NCBI GenBank assembly: GCA_963776275.1
Contig: CAVZMI010000034.1
Location: 1-64,000 of the forward strand
DNA from: Ignavibacteriota bacterium
Lineage (GTDB): Bacteria; Bacteroidota; Ignavibacteria; UBA10030; CAVZMI01
Reading direction: 5' to 3'
DNA: 64,000 bases
The position numbers were made by a program, and so were the translations under genes. Shown in pieces: positions 54,081 through 64,000 of the stretch. Position 1 is the stretch's first letter; every line of letters begins with the position of its first letter. The notes under the pieces are model-generated. The model was not told where the DNA came from and did not search any database. It saw nothing but the letters and a program-made list of their open reading frames with translations.

Positions 54081-55298
54081 ATGGAAGAAACAGCAAAACC
54101 AAATCAGACAAGCCCTTTTGAATCTACCCCACCACCGATTCTTAGCTGGGAAGGGCAAAAGAATTGGCAGAAGCCCCGATTCGAGGCGAGGTACTTCCAC
54201 CGTAAACGGATCGAGGTTTGGAACGGATATGTACGAACTAGGGATGTGAAGGGATGGGTTGACAATGTTCGGATCGAGCTATTCGTTGAAAAATGGAAGC
54301 GTGATAATCATGGATTACCTCCAGGTAACGAAGATATACTTCAATGGATGAAGAACGATCCCTACGATGAGTTTGATCTGAAGAGCCTGGGAGAGAGCAT
54401 TGTGAATAATGGGGTCAGACAACCTATCGTGGTGACAAGTGATGGCGTACTCCTCGATGGAAATCGACGCTACTTCGCTGCATTGATGATGCTGGAGAAG
54501 TCTGAACAAGAACACGCCCCTGATATCTCCGAAATGGTAAGCCAGCTCCCGGCTTATGTCTTGAGTCCCACCTGCGAACCTTCGGAATATGACTCAGTGC
54601 TTGTCGAGGAGAATTTTGTCGATGATTGCCGCCGAGAATGGCCCAATTTCATCAAAGCTAAGAAAGTCTTCGAAGCGTACGGTGAAATGAGGGAACGGGG
54701 CAAATCACGTTCAGAGGCTCTTTCAGATTTGGTCGTTCGTTTTGGCATTTTACGCAGTCGAGCAGAGAGATTCATCAAAATGATGGATCTAATCCAGGAG
54801 TTCCATGACCATCATTCCACTAACGACGAGGAATCCGGCCAGCAGGCCAAGGACGAGTATGAGGTTAGGTGGAGAGCACAAAAGTATTTCGAATACTTCG
54901 ACGAGTTACATAAGACGCGAGTATTGAACACACTCGACAATGATCCGGAGCTGAGAACCAAGGTGTTCGAAAGGCTTTACGATGGCGACTTCTCTAGCTT
55001 CGCTCAAATAAGGAAAGTTCCAGAAATCGCAGCTGACCGACGTGCACGTGATAAGTTCATTTTAGGCTCGGGCAAGCGAGCAGTTGATGAGGCAATCGAA
55101 TGGGTTACAGTCGTGGGCGTCGCAAAGAAAGCACTCAACAACAACGACCGCATAACGAGCTTCTTGCGCTTTTTGTTGAGCTTGACAGCTGAAGAAATGG
55201 AGAACCTAGATCCTGTTGCAATAACTGAACTAAAGAATATTTCGACGAAGGTCGCTGATATGGCCAACGCCGCAAAGGGAGGTGAAAAAGATAATTGA
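54081..55298 (+). CDS. ParB/Srx N-terminal domain protein
   Basis: SIVNNGVRQPIVV...LLDGNRRY motif. Confidence 0.75.
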   Translation: MEETAKPNQTSPFESTPPPILSWEGQKNWQKPRFEARYFHRKRIEVWNGYVRTRDVKGWVDNVRIELFVEKWKRDNHGLPPGNEDILQWMKNDPYDEFDLKSLGESIVNNGVRQPIVVTSDGVLLDGNRRYFAALMMLEKSEQEHAPDISEMVSQLPAYVLSPTCEPSEYDSVLVEENFVDDCRREWPNFIKAKKVFEAYGEMRERGKSRSEALSDLVVRFGILRSRAERFIKMMDLIQEFHDHHSTNDEESGQQAKDEYEVRWRAQKYFEYFDELHKTRVLNTLDNDPELRTKVFERLYDGDFSSFAQIRKVPEIAADRRARDKFILGSGKRAVDEAIEWVTVVGVAKKALNNNDRITSFLRFLLSLTAEEMENLDPVAITELKNISTKVADMANAAKGGEKDN

Positions 55299-57037
55299 AA
55301 GAAGCACTCGGCTTAATAGACATAGATCAAAGCGACATCGCGTTTGTTTGCAAAACGCTGTCGCCATACAATCGCCGTAAATCAATTGAACTAATCAGGA
55401 GGGTAAATCCCTCCGCCAAGATTTCCATTGATGGAACTCTCTTGAGATTCAGTGTCACGGATGCGGTTGCCCTGCGGGCCAGTATCGACAGCTCTGAGTT
55501 CACCTGGTCGGAAAATGCAGCCATGTGGATAACAACCTTCTCTCAGAATTACTCAAACCTAAGTCGCTCCCGTCGACGTCTTTGGGAACTACAGAGACAT
55601 GGCACTGCTAAGAAGTTGCTATCAGATTATTCTAATTTCACGAACCTTGATGAGCATCAGATCATTGCTGTTGCCGCCATGACGGATAAGACCATTACTG
55701 GCATATGCTTGTTCGACGAGCAAGGCCTTGGAAAAACAGTCATGGCTATTCATTCTTTTGATCGCCTCAAGCAGGAGAGTTTAGCGGATGCGGTCTTGAT
55801 ATTTGCACCCAAAAACATGTTGGAGGAGTGGAAGAAGGATTTCGAACGATTCATGGGTGGAAAGTATAGAATCCAGATCCTCTCGGGTGAACGGAGAAAG
55901 AAGTACCAGTCACTTCTTGAGAGCGCTGACGTGTATATTACAAATTACGAGACCGCCTACTCCCTAGAAGACTCCTTGCGTTCCATTCTCAACAGGAAGA
56001 TAGGTAAAGTTGTTCTCGTTGTTGATGAGAGTTTCTACATAAAAAACCGAAATACGAGGCGGGGTATAGCCATTAGACGACTACGAAACCTATGCGAGCG
56101 GTGTTGGGTTCTATGTGGAACGCCTGCACCTAACAACGCGCTCGATGTGGTGCATCAGTTTGAAGTAGCAGATGCTGGTGCTACTTTTGCCGGTGTTGAA
56201 CTTCCAAAAAATGGAAAGAGACTTCAAGAGGTCATCAAGACCACAGTGGAGTCGAGAGGCGTATACTTGCGTCGACTGAAACGCGATGTTCTTCCTGAAT
56301 TGCCCGCGAAGCAGTTCGAGCTAGTTGTCGTACCGATGGAGTCAGAACAGCAGAGTCTCTACGGAAATGCACTCCGATTGCTCGTTAAAGACGTGAAGGC
56401 TTCGGATGAGATAATCTTCAATAAACAATATGCATCATTCTTGTCACGGAAGATGAAGCTACTTCAAATCTGCAGCCATCCGGGGCAAATCGTCGATCAG
56501 TACCAAGGCTTACCAGCAAAGATGGTGGCATTGGATGGTCTACTGCGTCACCTTATAGACGAAAACGGCGAAAAGGTCGTTCTGTGGTCCTACTTTCGAT
56601 ACACAATTGATCAATTGATCCGGAGATACGACCTATATAAACCGGTAAAACTCGATGGTAGTGTACAAGACACTACAAAACGGTCTCAAGCAATACGCAG
56701 CTTTCAAGAAGATAGTGAAACAATGCTCTTTGTCGGTAACCCTGCTGCTGGTGGAACTGGTATCACTTTGACACGATCCTGCACCATGATCTATGAATCT
56801 TTCTCACCACAGACAGCACATTACCTCCAAAGTCTCGACAGGATACATAGAAGAGGCCAAACGCGTGATGTGTATTACTATGTTTTGCTATGTAAAGGCT
56901 CGATCGAAGAAGATGAGTACGAGAGATTATTGAGAAAAGAAATTCAATCAGCCGAGTTATTCAGTGACCCGTTGCCAGAAGCGACACCGAGAGAAGTGTT
57001 CCTTGAGGAACTGATCGGTGCTTTGAAGAAACTCTAG
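55295..57037 (+). CDS. SNF2-family helicase/ATPase
   Basis: DEQGLGKT, VVDESF, CGTP, RRLKRDVLPELP, QSLDRIHRRGQ. Confidence 0.9.
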   Translation: MKEALGLIDIDQSDIAFVCKTLSPYNRRKSIELIRRVNPSAKISIDGTLLRFSVTDAVALRASIDSSEFTWSENAAMWITTFSQNYSNLSRSRRRLWELQRHGTAKKLLSDYSNFTNLDEHQIIAVAAMTDKTITGICLFDEQGLGKTVMAIHSFDRLKQESLADAVLIFAPKNMLEEWKKDFERFMGGKYRIQILSGERRKKYQSLLESADVYITNYETAYSLEDSLRSILNRKIGKVVLVVDESFYIKNRNTRRGIAIRRLRNLCERCWVLCGTPAPNNALDVVHQFEVADAGATFAGVELPKNGKRLQEVIKTTVESRGVYLRRLKRDVLPELPAKQFELVVVPMESEQQSLYGNALRLLVKDVKASDEIIFNKQYASFLSRKMKLLQICSHPGQIVDQYQGLPAKMVALDGLLRHLIDENGEKVVLWSYFRYTIDQLIRRYDLYKPVKLDGSVQDTTKRSQAIRSFQEDSETMLFVGNPAAGGTGITLTRSCTMIYESFSPQTAHYLQSLDRIHRRGQTRDVYYYVLLCKGSIEEDEYERLLRKEIQSAELFSDPLPEATPREVFLEELIGALKKL

Positions 57038-57054
57038 CTTTATGATATCGATAA

Positions 57055-58364
57055 CTATTTTATTTCCCGGCTCTTGTCTAGAATGAGGATATGTTTAGAA
57101 ATGATATCGCGGCGATGGCCGTTGTTACCCAACCAATTACGCGCTTCCTTCGGATTTTTATTGCGCCGCATCCTTGCCGGGTTTAACATTGTATGAGGTC
57201 GATCTGAGAGACGATCCAATAGAGTCAGGTTATGACAAACGATAACCCCTCGTAGTTTATGAGTTTTCGCGCTCTGCATGGCTTTTTTTATTGTTTTTCC
57301 AATTACCTCTCCTAACCCCACCGGTACAGCATTGCCAATTTGTTTGTATTGTTCAGAAATGCCACCCGCAAATCGCCAGTTATCTGGGAATTGTTGGATG
57401 CGAGCATATTCCCTTACACTCAGTGGTCGAAGTTTTGTGGGGTGGCACAACAAGGTTGCTTTGTAGGTGGGATGTGTCGTTAGTGATGGTGCTGGTCTCT
57501 TCCATGAAAGTCTTCTGAAGAAACCACTCCTCCCCCCCACGAGTCGTATGCTTTGCCGAGTGCCTCCTCTTGTACACCAGGTTTTAAGTCTCTCCAGTTG
57601 CCACCTTCGGGTATGTGCTTTAAGTACTTCTTATATGTCGGTGGCAATGGAGTATATTTTTGACTCTTTTCCCTCAACCCCTTAAGGGCTTCGTGCAACC
57701 CGAACCAAGGAAGGCGCCCCTTTTTTCTACTTTTAGAATGAGAAGGTTTTATGAACCGCAAATCTTCTCCATCTCGTGAACCAATAAATACAACGCGTTG
57801 TCTTGACTGAGGTACGCCATAGTCAGCTGCATCAAGTAAGTCAAAAACTATATAGTAACCAGTCTTCTTTAGTTCTCTAAGAATTAATGCAAAAGCTGAT
57901 CCTAATTCCTCCTCGATCGTCAGTGGCGGAAACCCTGGTCATCGTCTCTTAAGTTGGCGATGCTTAATGGCAGCGGAAAGAAGTCCTTTTACATTCTCCA
58001 TTACAAAGAACCGTGGTTTTGCTTCATTAATAACTCTTAAAAATTCTTTGAACATTTTCCCACGTGGATCGCCAACTGATCCTCTTTGTCCTGCTGTACT
58101 GAATGCCTGACAAGATGGTCCTGCAGCTACAATAGCAATATCACCAATTCCAAGACCCGCTGCCATCAAAAGTTCTTTTGTAGATACATCCTCTATTTTA
58201 TTTTCAAAAAGTTTGATGTCTGGTCGGTTAATGCGGATTGTCTCCGCTGCATGTTTGTTACACTCAACCGCAACACGAACATTAAAACCAGCCTTCTCAA
58301 GACCAATATCAAGCCCTAATGCTCCTGAGAATATAGATATTATAGATTTGTTTCTCTTGCTCAT
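57055..58364 (-). pseudogene. DNA (cytosine-5) methyltransferase with in-frame TGA (57939-57941) and G-tract frameshift (~57535)
   Basis: FSGALG, GPSCQAFS, MENVKG, DYGVPQSRQR, RPLSVREYARIQQFPD, QIGNAVP. Confidence 0.88.
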
Positions 58365-58709
58365 GTAGGAATCTTAAAGAAATATATGTTCATCTTGTAG
58401 CTTCATCAAGACGGTTTATTAAGAGTGCGTTTTCTGTTGTAGATAACTGAATATAATTAAAGTACGAGAGTGTACATTTACTTTATAGTCCCTTCGCATC
58501 CCTGAGCTTCCCATCAGCATTGTCTGTTTCAAATCCTGCATCACTTTCTCAATCGTGTAAGATGAGTGCAATACGCTTACATAATTACATGCCTCGGTTT
58601 GATGTCCCTAGTTCTAAAAAATATATCTGTTTTTTGCTGTGAAAGCAAGCCTATCGACGCCTCCTACAATTTTGAAAGATTACGTCCATTCCGGTTGCCT
58701 TGCTTCCAT

Positions 58710-58795
58710 ATCAGCTTATCCGGCATTAAAAAAAGTCGGAAGTATTCGGAAAAGGCGAAGGTAGTGTAGGAAGAAGCTTTTAAAAATGCAAGGAG
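58710..58795 (-). repeat. Direct repeat 2 (contains sigma70-type promoter)
   Basis: Near-identical to 52035-52122, last 36 bp identical. Confidence 0.85.
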
Positions 58796-58868
58796 GAGGT
58801 CAATATTGATTGATAATTCTCATCTCTTTAATCTCATCGCCAACCTGAATCTGATCCATGTACTATAA

Positions 58869-60272
58869 TCAAAAATAGGGCCGCATCCGGTATTTCATTC
58901 CAAGCGTTTTCTCGATGAACTCTTTTGCTTTCTCCTGATCCACTTCATCCATACCTACGATGCTCATAACAACCTCGGGGAGGTATTTCTGGCATTCCCT
59001 GGCGAACTCGAGTATTGCGGTATAGAAACGGGGACCGTCGATACGCATCAGGCGGCCGTACTGTTCGGGATCCGTGGAATTCAGGCTTATCGATACACTA
59101 TCGATCAATCCCACAAGTTCCGGAACTATATTCCGTTTATTGATAACGCTGCCGTGTCCATCGGTGTTGAGGCGGACTTTTCCACCGTGCTCTTTGACCC
59201 ATCGTGCAATATCTTTCAGCTCATCGAGGCGAATCGTCGGCTCACCATACCCGCAAAAGACAATCTCATCGTATTTTGTCGGATCGCCGATTTGGTCGAT
59301 GACTTCCTGTGCGGTCGGTTCCTCAGTGATGCGAAGATTATGTCCTTTTATGACTGCCTCGCCTTTGCGATCGCAGAAAACACAATCAGCATTGCAGCGG
59401 ATCGTCAGGTTAATGTATAGAGCATTCTTGAGCTCGTACACGATCCGTGGCGGATCGAGGCTCCCGATGCCGAATAACTTTTTTGCGTTATACGACGTTG
59501 TCCGCTCTACATCTTTTATCGTTGCGTGCAATATTTCAGCGATTTTTTCTGCAACAATTTTCACGTTTGCCGGTTCGTTCCGCCGGCCGCGGAAAGGGAC
59601 GGGAGTAAGATACGGGGCGTCGGTTTCAACCATTATATAATCATAACTGATCTTTTTCAGCACATCGACGGTACTGGAATTTCTAAACGTTACAATTCCC
59701 GGAAACGAAATCAGAAAACCCATCTCAATGAGCTTCCAGGCTGTTTCTGCATCCCCTGCATAACAATGGAACACTCCCTTATGAATCGGGACCTTACCGT
59801 CCGATCCCGTCGTTCCACTCCGCCATTTCGGTTCCTGAGCGATCGTTTCCTCGACGATACGGATGGCATTATTAAGTGAATCGCGAGTGTGAATCACCAC
59901 CGGGAGATTTCTCCGGACAGCAATACGAAGCTGCTCGCGGAACACATCAACCTGAGTCTCACGGGGAGAAAAGTCGTAATAGTAATCGAGTCCGATCTCG
60001 CCGATAGCGACCACCTTCGGGTGCTTGCTTATTTGTTCGATTTCTTTGAGTGATTCCGTTGTGGCCTTGCCTGCATCATGGGGATGGAAACCGACACAGG
60101 CATAGATCATGTCGTATCGTTCTGCCAGATCGATAACGGTTCGGCTGGTTGCATAGTCAACTGCCGGCACAACAATATATTCAATACCGGCTTCGCGTGC
60201 ACGAGCGATAACTTCATCGATATCACCCTGGAATTCGGGAGAATAAAGGTGAGCATGTGTATCTATAAGCAT
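58869..60272 (-). CDS. TatD-family nuclease fused to a radical SAM domain
   Basis: DTHAH, GEIGLDY, ETDAPY, then YINLTIRCNADCVFC and FCGYGEP. Confidence 0.9.
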   Translation of the reverse strand: MLIDTHAHLYSPEFQGDIDEVIARAREAGIEYIVVPAVDYATSRTVIDLAERYDMIYACVGFHPHDAGKATTESLKEIEQISKHPKVVAIGEIGLDYYYDFSPRETQVDVFREQLRIAVRRNLPVVIHTRDSLNNAIRIVEETIAQEPKWRSGTTGSDGKVPIHKGVFHCYAGDAETAWKLIEMGFLISFPGIVTFRNSSTVDVLKKISYDYIMVETDAPYLTPVPFRGRRNEPANVKIVAEKIAEILHATIKDVERTTSYNAKKLFGIGSLDPPRIVYELKNALYINLTIRCNADCVFCDRKGEAVIKGHNLRITEEPTAQEVIDQIGDPTKYDEIVFCGYGEPTIRLDELKDIARWVKEHGGKVRLNTDGHGSVINKRNIVPELVGLIDSVSISLNSTDPEQYGRLMRIDGPRFYTAILEFARECQKYLPEVVMSIVGMDEVDQEKAKEFIEKTLGMKYRMRPYF

Positions 60273-60390
60273 GGAACAAGAATATTCTTATGATTGAACT
60301 TTTCTTTAATATACCAAGCACGGCCCTGAGAGGCAAGCGGAGAGTGTCGCTGTCAGATATGAGAATATAAAAGCAGATATTTCACATTTG

Positions 60391-61077
60391 TCAATGCGGA
60401 TAAATTTTTCCTATTCCATTGACTGTTTTATTTACAACCGGCGGATTGCCTTCATACACAATACTTCCAACACCATTAATTTCAGCATTTAATTGTTGTG
60501 TGACATGAACTTCACAATTTCCTGTCCCGTTAATGGTGGCTGTACACACGGAGGAAACCAAACCGAAATTGCTGATATTTCCCGCCCCATCGATGAAAAT
60601 CGTTTGAGTGCTGGCATCTCCGTCAAGTGAAATATTTCCGGCACCCTCGATCCGGCATTTCACCGCATCGCAATGAATCGGGTTAGTAGTAGTAATATCT
60701 CCCGCTCCGATAATTTCAAGGTTTTCGATTGTCGTCAGGGTGACATAAACTCTAACCGTAGTGTTGGTGTATGATCCTTCATCCAATCCTACGATCAGGT
60801 ATCCGTTTTCACACCGTGTGACTACTCTGTCGATAATATTATCGTCGGCCTCAACCCGTATGCTCTGATGGGTGTCTTGTGTCAGATATACTTTTGCCGA
60901 TCCGACGATCTGTACGCTCTGACAAGGCTGAACGACTCGTTCCTCGGATACAGTCCTTCCCGAGCCGACAATGGATTCGCTGTCTTCATAATTATGATGG
61001 TGATGAAAACAGCCCTGAGTAAAGATAGAGAGCGTAATAATAAGAATAGCGGATATAATTATTCGGCGATATTGCAT
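60391..61077 (-). CDS. DUF2807 (GIN domain) lipoprotein
   Basis: TQGC lipobox, repeated GAG.I motifs, Y.GNP. Confidence 0.85.
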   Translation of the reverse strand: MQYRRIIISAILIITLSIFTQGCFHHHHNYEDSESIVGSGRTVSEERVVQPCQSVQIVGSAKVYLTQDTHQSIRVEADDNIIDRVVTRCENGYLIVGLDEGSYTNTTVRVYVTLTTIENLEIIGAGDITTTNPIHCDAVKCRIEGAGNISLDGDASTQTIFIDGAGNISNFGLVSSVCTATINGTGNCEVHVTQQLNAEINGVGSIVYEGNPPVVNKTVNGIGKIYPH

Positions 61078-61187
61078 TGTGTGTTCCTCACTGGATGATG
61101 TTTTATTCTTATCACTATTCATATACGTAAAATTGGGCAACCTGTTTCAGAATTACTCTTTAATAATTGCTTTATCCAGGATTTAAG

Positions 61188-63380
61188 TCACAAAAGTGCT
61201 TCAACCGTCAGTGTAAATCGTCGTACTGGCGCGATATTACCAATCAATTCCACATAATAATATTGAAAGATATTATATGCATTAAACGTAATACGTGCAG
61301 GGATGCCATAATGCGATCCGTCGAACATGAGACGGGCATCAGTGACATAGATAGGGACCCGCAGGTCTCCGTCTTTGACTATGTTGAGTGTGACAAACTC
61401 CCTATCGATCCTGTCGATTTTGCTGATAAACCGGAAATCGATTCCGGCGCTGAACGATCCGATGGTTGCGTCGAATCCGGCCATGAGTACATGGCGGGGT
61501 CTGTATTTTAAAAGGTCATTAAGCGTAAGGTCGCGCGGATAGACATAGGTGTAGGCAAGCTCGGCCTTGAGGAGATTATGGAATAATGAGGATTGAAGGT
61601 GAACTTCTCCGCCGAGGATACGTGCGCGTGTAACATTATTAAACTGTCCGAATGATTTTCCTCCGATGACAACAAAACGGGGCTCGATCATATCCCAGAA
61701 CTCATTTTGAAAAAGTGCGCAATCGACAGCGACATCGGATACTATCCGAGCGTTCAACCCGATTTCTATTGACAAGCTTCGTTCAGGCTGAAGCGAAGGA
61801 TTCGGGATGATGGTGAGTCCGCCGGCACTCGTGACCGTGAATGTTTCGCCGACCGTCGGTACACGAAATCCGCTCCCGGCCGATGCCCTGACAATGATCC
61901 CCTCGGACAGCGTCGCGGTCAGACCGAGTTTCGGATTGAAGCGCGAAAAAGCCGAAAGAGAATCGATTTTTTGATAATCATATCGAGCACCCGCGGTAAC
62001 ATGCAGCGAAGTCATGATTGCATATTCATCCTGGATGTAGAATGCCCCACCGCCTCCCGATCGTTTGCCAAAAATGTTCGCATCGACCTTATCGATTCGT
62101 CCTTCTATACCCGCCGTGAGATAATGCTGCGGATGAATCTGAGTTTCAATCTGCACTTCGTTAACAAAAAGGTTTGCCAGCGACTTATTCCCCACTCCAT
62201 TGATGTTGCCGACATTATCCTCCCAGTCAGTCCGGTACCACATCGATTTGAAAGTGAATGAAAGATCCTCTGTGAGAAATGTTTTAAAATCCGAGCTGAC
62301 ATTCACCCGTGTCGTTTTTACCCATTCACCAAGCTGATCTTCCTGCGGCTGAAGCGCGTGATAAATATCGCGCCAGAAGAGAAAGCTTCCTGTCCGATGG
62401 GAATAGAAGTTAGTACTCAAAGTCCAGCGGGTGAACGGACTGAATTCATACCCGGCTTTCGCATAGAAATTCAAACGTCGGGCATAATCATTTTCACGGT
62501 ATCCATCATCGACCGTACGATTTGCCGAGAGCGCCAATGTAAGCTTATCGAAACGCTGTGTATGAGTAAGATATAGACCGGCCTGACCCCGCGTTACAGA
62601 GGACCACTTCCATTCATCGTAGAGCGGACGGTCATACACACTCAAAAAAGTCTTTATCACAGTCACAGGTTGTGATTCAACTTCTTTCGTAATAATATTG
62701 ATAACCCCCCCGAGCGCATTCGATCCGTACAGTGCCGATCCGGCTCCTTTCACAACTTCGACCCGATCGATGCTCATTACCGGAATGGATTCAAAAATAA
62801 TCTCGCCCGTATCGCCGGTGAGATAAGGGATCCCGTCGAGCAGCACCAGCACGCGGCTTCCGATTCCGCGGGCATATCCGCTCGATCCGCGGATGTTGAT
62901 TTGCCATTGCGTCATGTTGACGCCGGGGATATATCGCAGCGCTTCGTCCATGGTGATAATATTCCGTGTGCGAATCATCTCGGCTCCCATTACGGCAACA
63001 GTCGTCGGTACATCCTGAATATTCTGTTCATGCTTTGCTGCAGTTATAACGACGGGTTGAGTTTGAACAGGCTGGGGTGTCAGCAGAATCGTGATCGTGC
63101 TAATTGAGTCTTTCGCAACACGGACGTTCACGACTTTTTTCGTGGCGAAACCAACCATGGAGACTTCAAGAGTAAAAAGCCCCGGAGGCACTCTTTGGAG
63201 TGCAAATTCGCCCTGTGTATTTGTAGTACTCCCCAGCAGAGTACCATGAACGGAGACTGAAACACCGAGAAGCGGCGATCCGTCCTCATCGGATCTAACA
63301 ACACCCCGAAGCGTACCGTTCTGTGCTAATGATATTTGATGGAATACTATCAGTGCAAAAATGAAAGAGTACCATCTCAT
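61188..63380 (-). CDS. TonB-dependent receptor
   Basis: Carboxypeptidase-like N domain, plug RVEVVKGAGSALYGSNALGGVINIIT, NPSLQPE. Confidence 0.93.
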   Translation of the reverse strand: MRWYSFIFALIVFHQISLAQNGTLRGVVRSDEDGSPLLGVSVSVHGTLLGSTTNTQGEFALQRVPPGLFTLEVSMVGFATKKVVNVRVAKDSISTITILLTPQPVQTQPVVITAAKHEQNIQDVPTTVAVMGAEMIRTRNIITMDEALRYIPGVNMTQWQINIRGSSGYARGIGSRVLVLLDGIPYLTGDTGEIIFESIPVMSIDRVEVVKGAGSALYGSNALGGVINIITKEVESQPVTVIKTFLSVYDRPLYDEWKWSSVTRGQAGLYLTHTQRFDKLTLALSANRTVDDGYRENDYARRLNFYAKAGYEFSPFTRWTLSTNFYSHRTGSFLFWRDIYHALQPQEDQLGEWVKTTRVNVSSDFKTFLTEDLSFTFKSMWYRTDWEDNVGNINGVGNKSLANLFVNEVQIETQIHPQHYLTAGIEGRIDKVDANIFGKRSGGGGAFYIQDEYAIMTSLHVTAGARYDYQKIDSLSAFSRFNPKLGLTATLSEGIIVRASAGSGFRVPTVGETFTVTSAGGLTIIPNPSLQPERSLSIEIGLNARIVSDVAVDCALFQNEFWDMIEPRFVVIGGKSFGQFNNVTRARILGGEVHLQSSLFHNLLKAELAYTYVYPRDLTLNDLLKYRPRHVLMAGFDATIGSFSAGIDFRFISKIDRIDREFVTLNIVKDGDLRVPIYVTDARLMFDGSHYGIPARITFNAYNIFQYYYVELIGNIAPVRRFTLTVEALL

Positions 63381-63904
63381 TGATGAAAGTCCTCCTGAAA
63401 TGGTTGTGGAGGAGGATTACTAAAATCGACAAGGATATCGATACCGGGAACGACCTGATCGGTGGGAACGACTAAATCTTTCGTTTCGTTGGTTCCACTC
63501 CCGCCATCGTATACGCCGATAATTCTCCAATCAGCGAAAGGATTTGTTCCGAAACGCTGAACCACAGCAATATATCGATAGGTAGATGCTGGAACAGGAA
63601 ACTCATAAGGCACGGAATCATGTCCCATTGGAAGTCCGGATTCAGCCGGCGGCGGATAAATTTTCACCGAATCTGTATTGACTACGAGTGCGATGATCTC
63701 GGTAAATGACGTAAATTTACGCCATGCCTGAGATGCAATAAGACGCAATTCCAGTGTATCTTGCGGCCATGTCCCGTGAAACCGGATAACACCGCTAAAA
63801 CCCGGCTGAACCGGACGCGACGGCCCAAGGCCGTGATCGCAGCCGCCAAGGGAAAAAAGAAATGCGAAAAAGAGAGGGAGCAGTGTTATGAGTCGTTTCA
63901 TCAA
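63377..63904 (-). CDS. Lipoprotein upstream of TonB-dependent receptor
   Basis: LGGC lipobox, CDHGL.P; overlaps receptor start. Confidence 0.75.
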   Translation of the reverse strand: MMKRLITLLPLFFAFLFSLGGCDHGLGPSRPVQPGFSGVIRFHGTWPQDTLELRLIASQAWRKFTSFTEIIALVVNTDSVKIYPPPAESGLPMGHDSVPYEFPVPASTYRYIAVVQRFGTNPFADWRIIGVYDGGSGTNETKDLVVPTDQVVPGIDILVDFSNPPPQPFQEDFHQ

Positions 63905-64000
63905 TGCAAAAAGTAGTAATTGCTGAAGCGAAAGTCAAGAGTGAAGAGATAGGTTAAGGGAAAGGTTAACCCTTCGCCTTTCCGCCTACGCTCCGCTGGT

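Noticed and set aside
58380-58709. Possible integrase remnant at the island edge
   Set aside because: The frames I translated are interrupted and show no recombinase motif.
63971-64000. Start of a GC-rich REP-like element (ccgcctacgctccg)
   Set aside because: Truncated by the window end, so it cannot be evaluated.

Overview
A bacterial chromosomal window that looks like Ignavibacteria/Bacteroidota-Chlorobi. The basis is T9SS C-terminal domains of the YPNPFNPSTTI type, tandem PorV-like barrels and a DUF4835 gene. The housekeeping backbone includes S2P protease, GT4/ArnT/GT9 glycosyltransferases, uvrA, holA, uppP, lolA, ftsK, comB, gcvT, rne/rng, rsmI, lat, ALDH, purB, htrA, split transketolase, plsY, TatD-radical SAM and a TonB-dependent receptor. 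Many conserved genes carry single-base frameshifts, so the assembly is probably noisy and single lesions should be treated cautiously. The main unexplained structures are: (1) a secreted precursor with three synonymously diverged VGLTSGDGAPLPPPPPP cores, transcribed divergently from a multi-TM membrane protein (candidate peptide-signal/receptor pair); (2) a 6.7-kb segment between ~87-bp direct repeats encoding EndoIII-like glycosylase, ECF sigma, ParB-like protein, SNF2 helicase and m5C methyltransferase (candidate defence system); (3) 24-nt palindromic elements nested inside themselves, in frame, within uvrA and a T9SS gene; (4) two full-length SRP RNA genes flanking a T9SS cargo gene, next to tRNA-Ala(CGC) with a hairpin repeat array in its leader; (5) an integrase-less integron cassette array (CALIN) of about six cassettes. 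All assignments are by-eye motif recognition; no searches were run.
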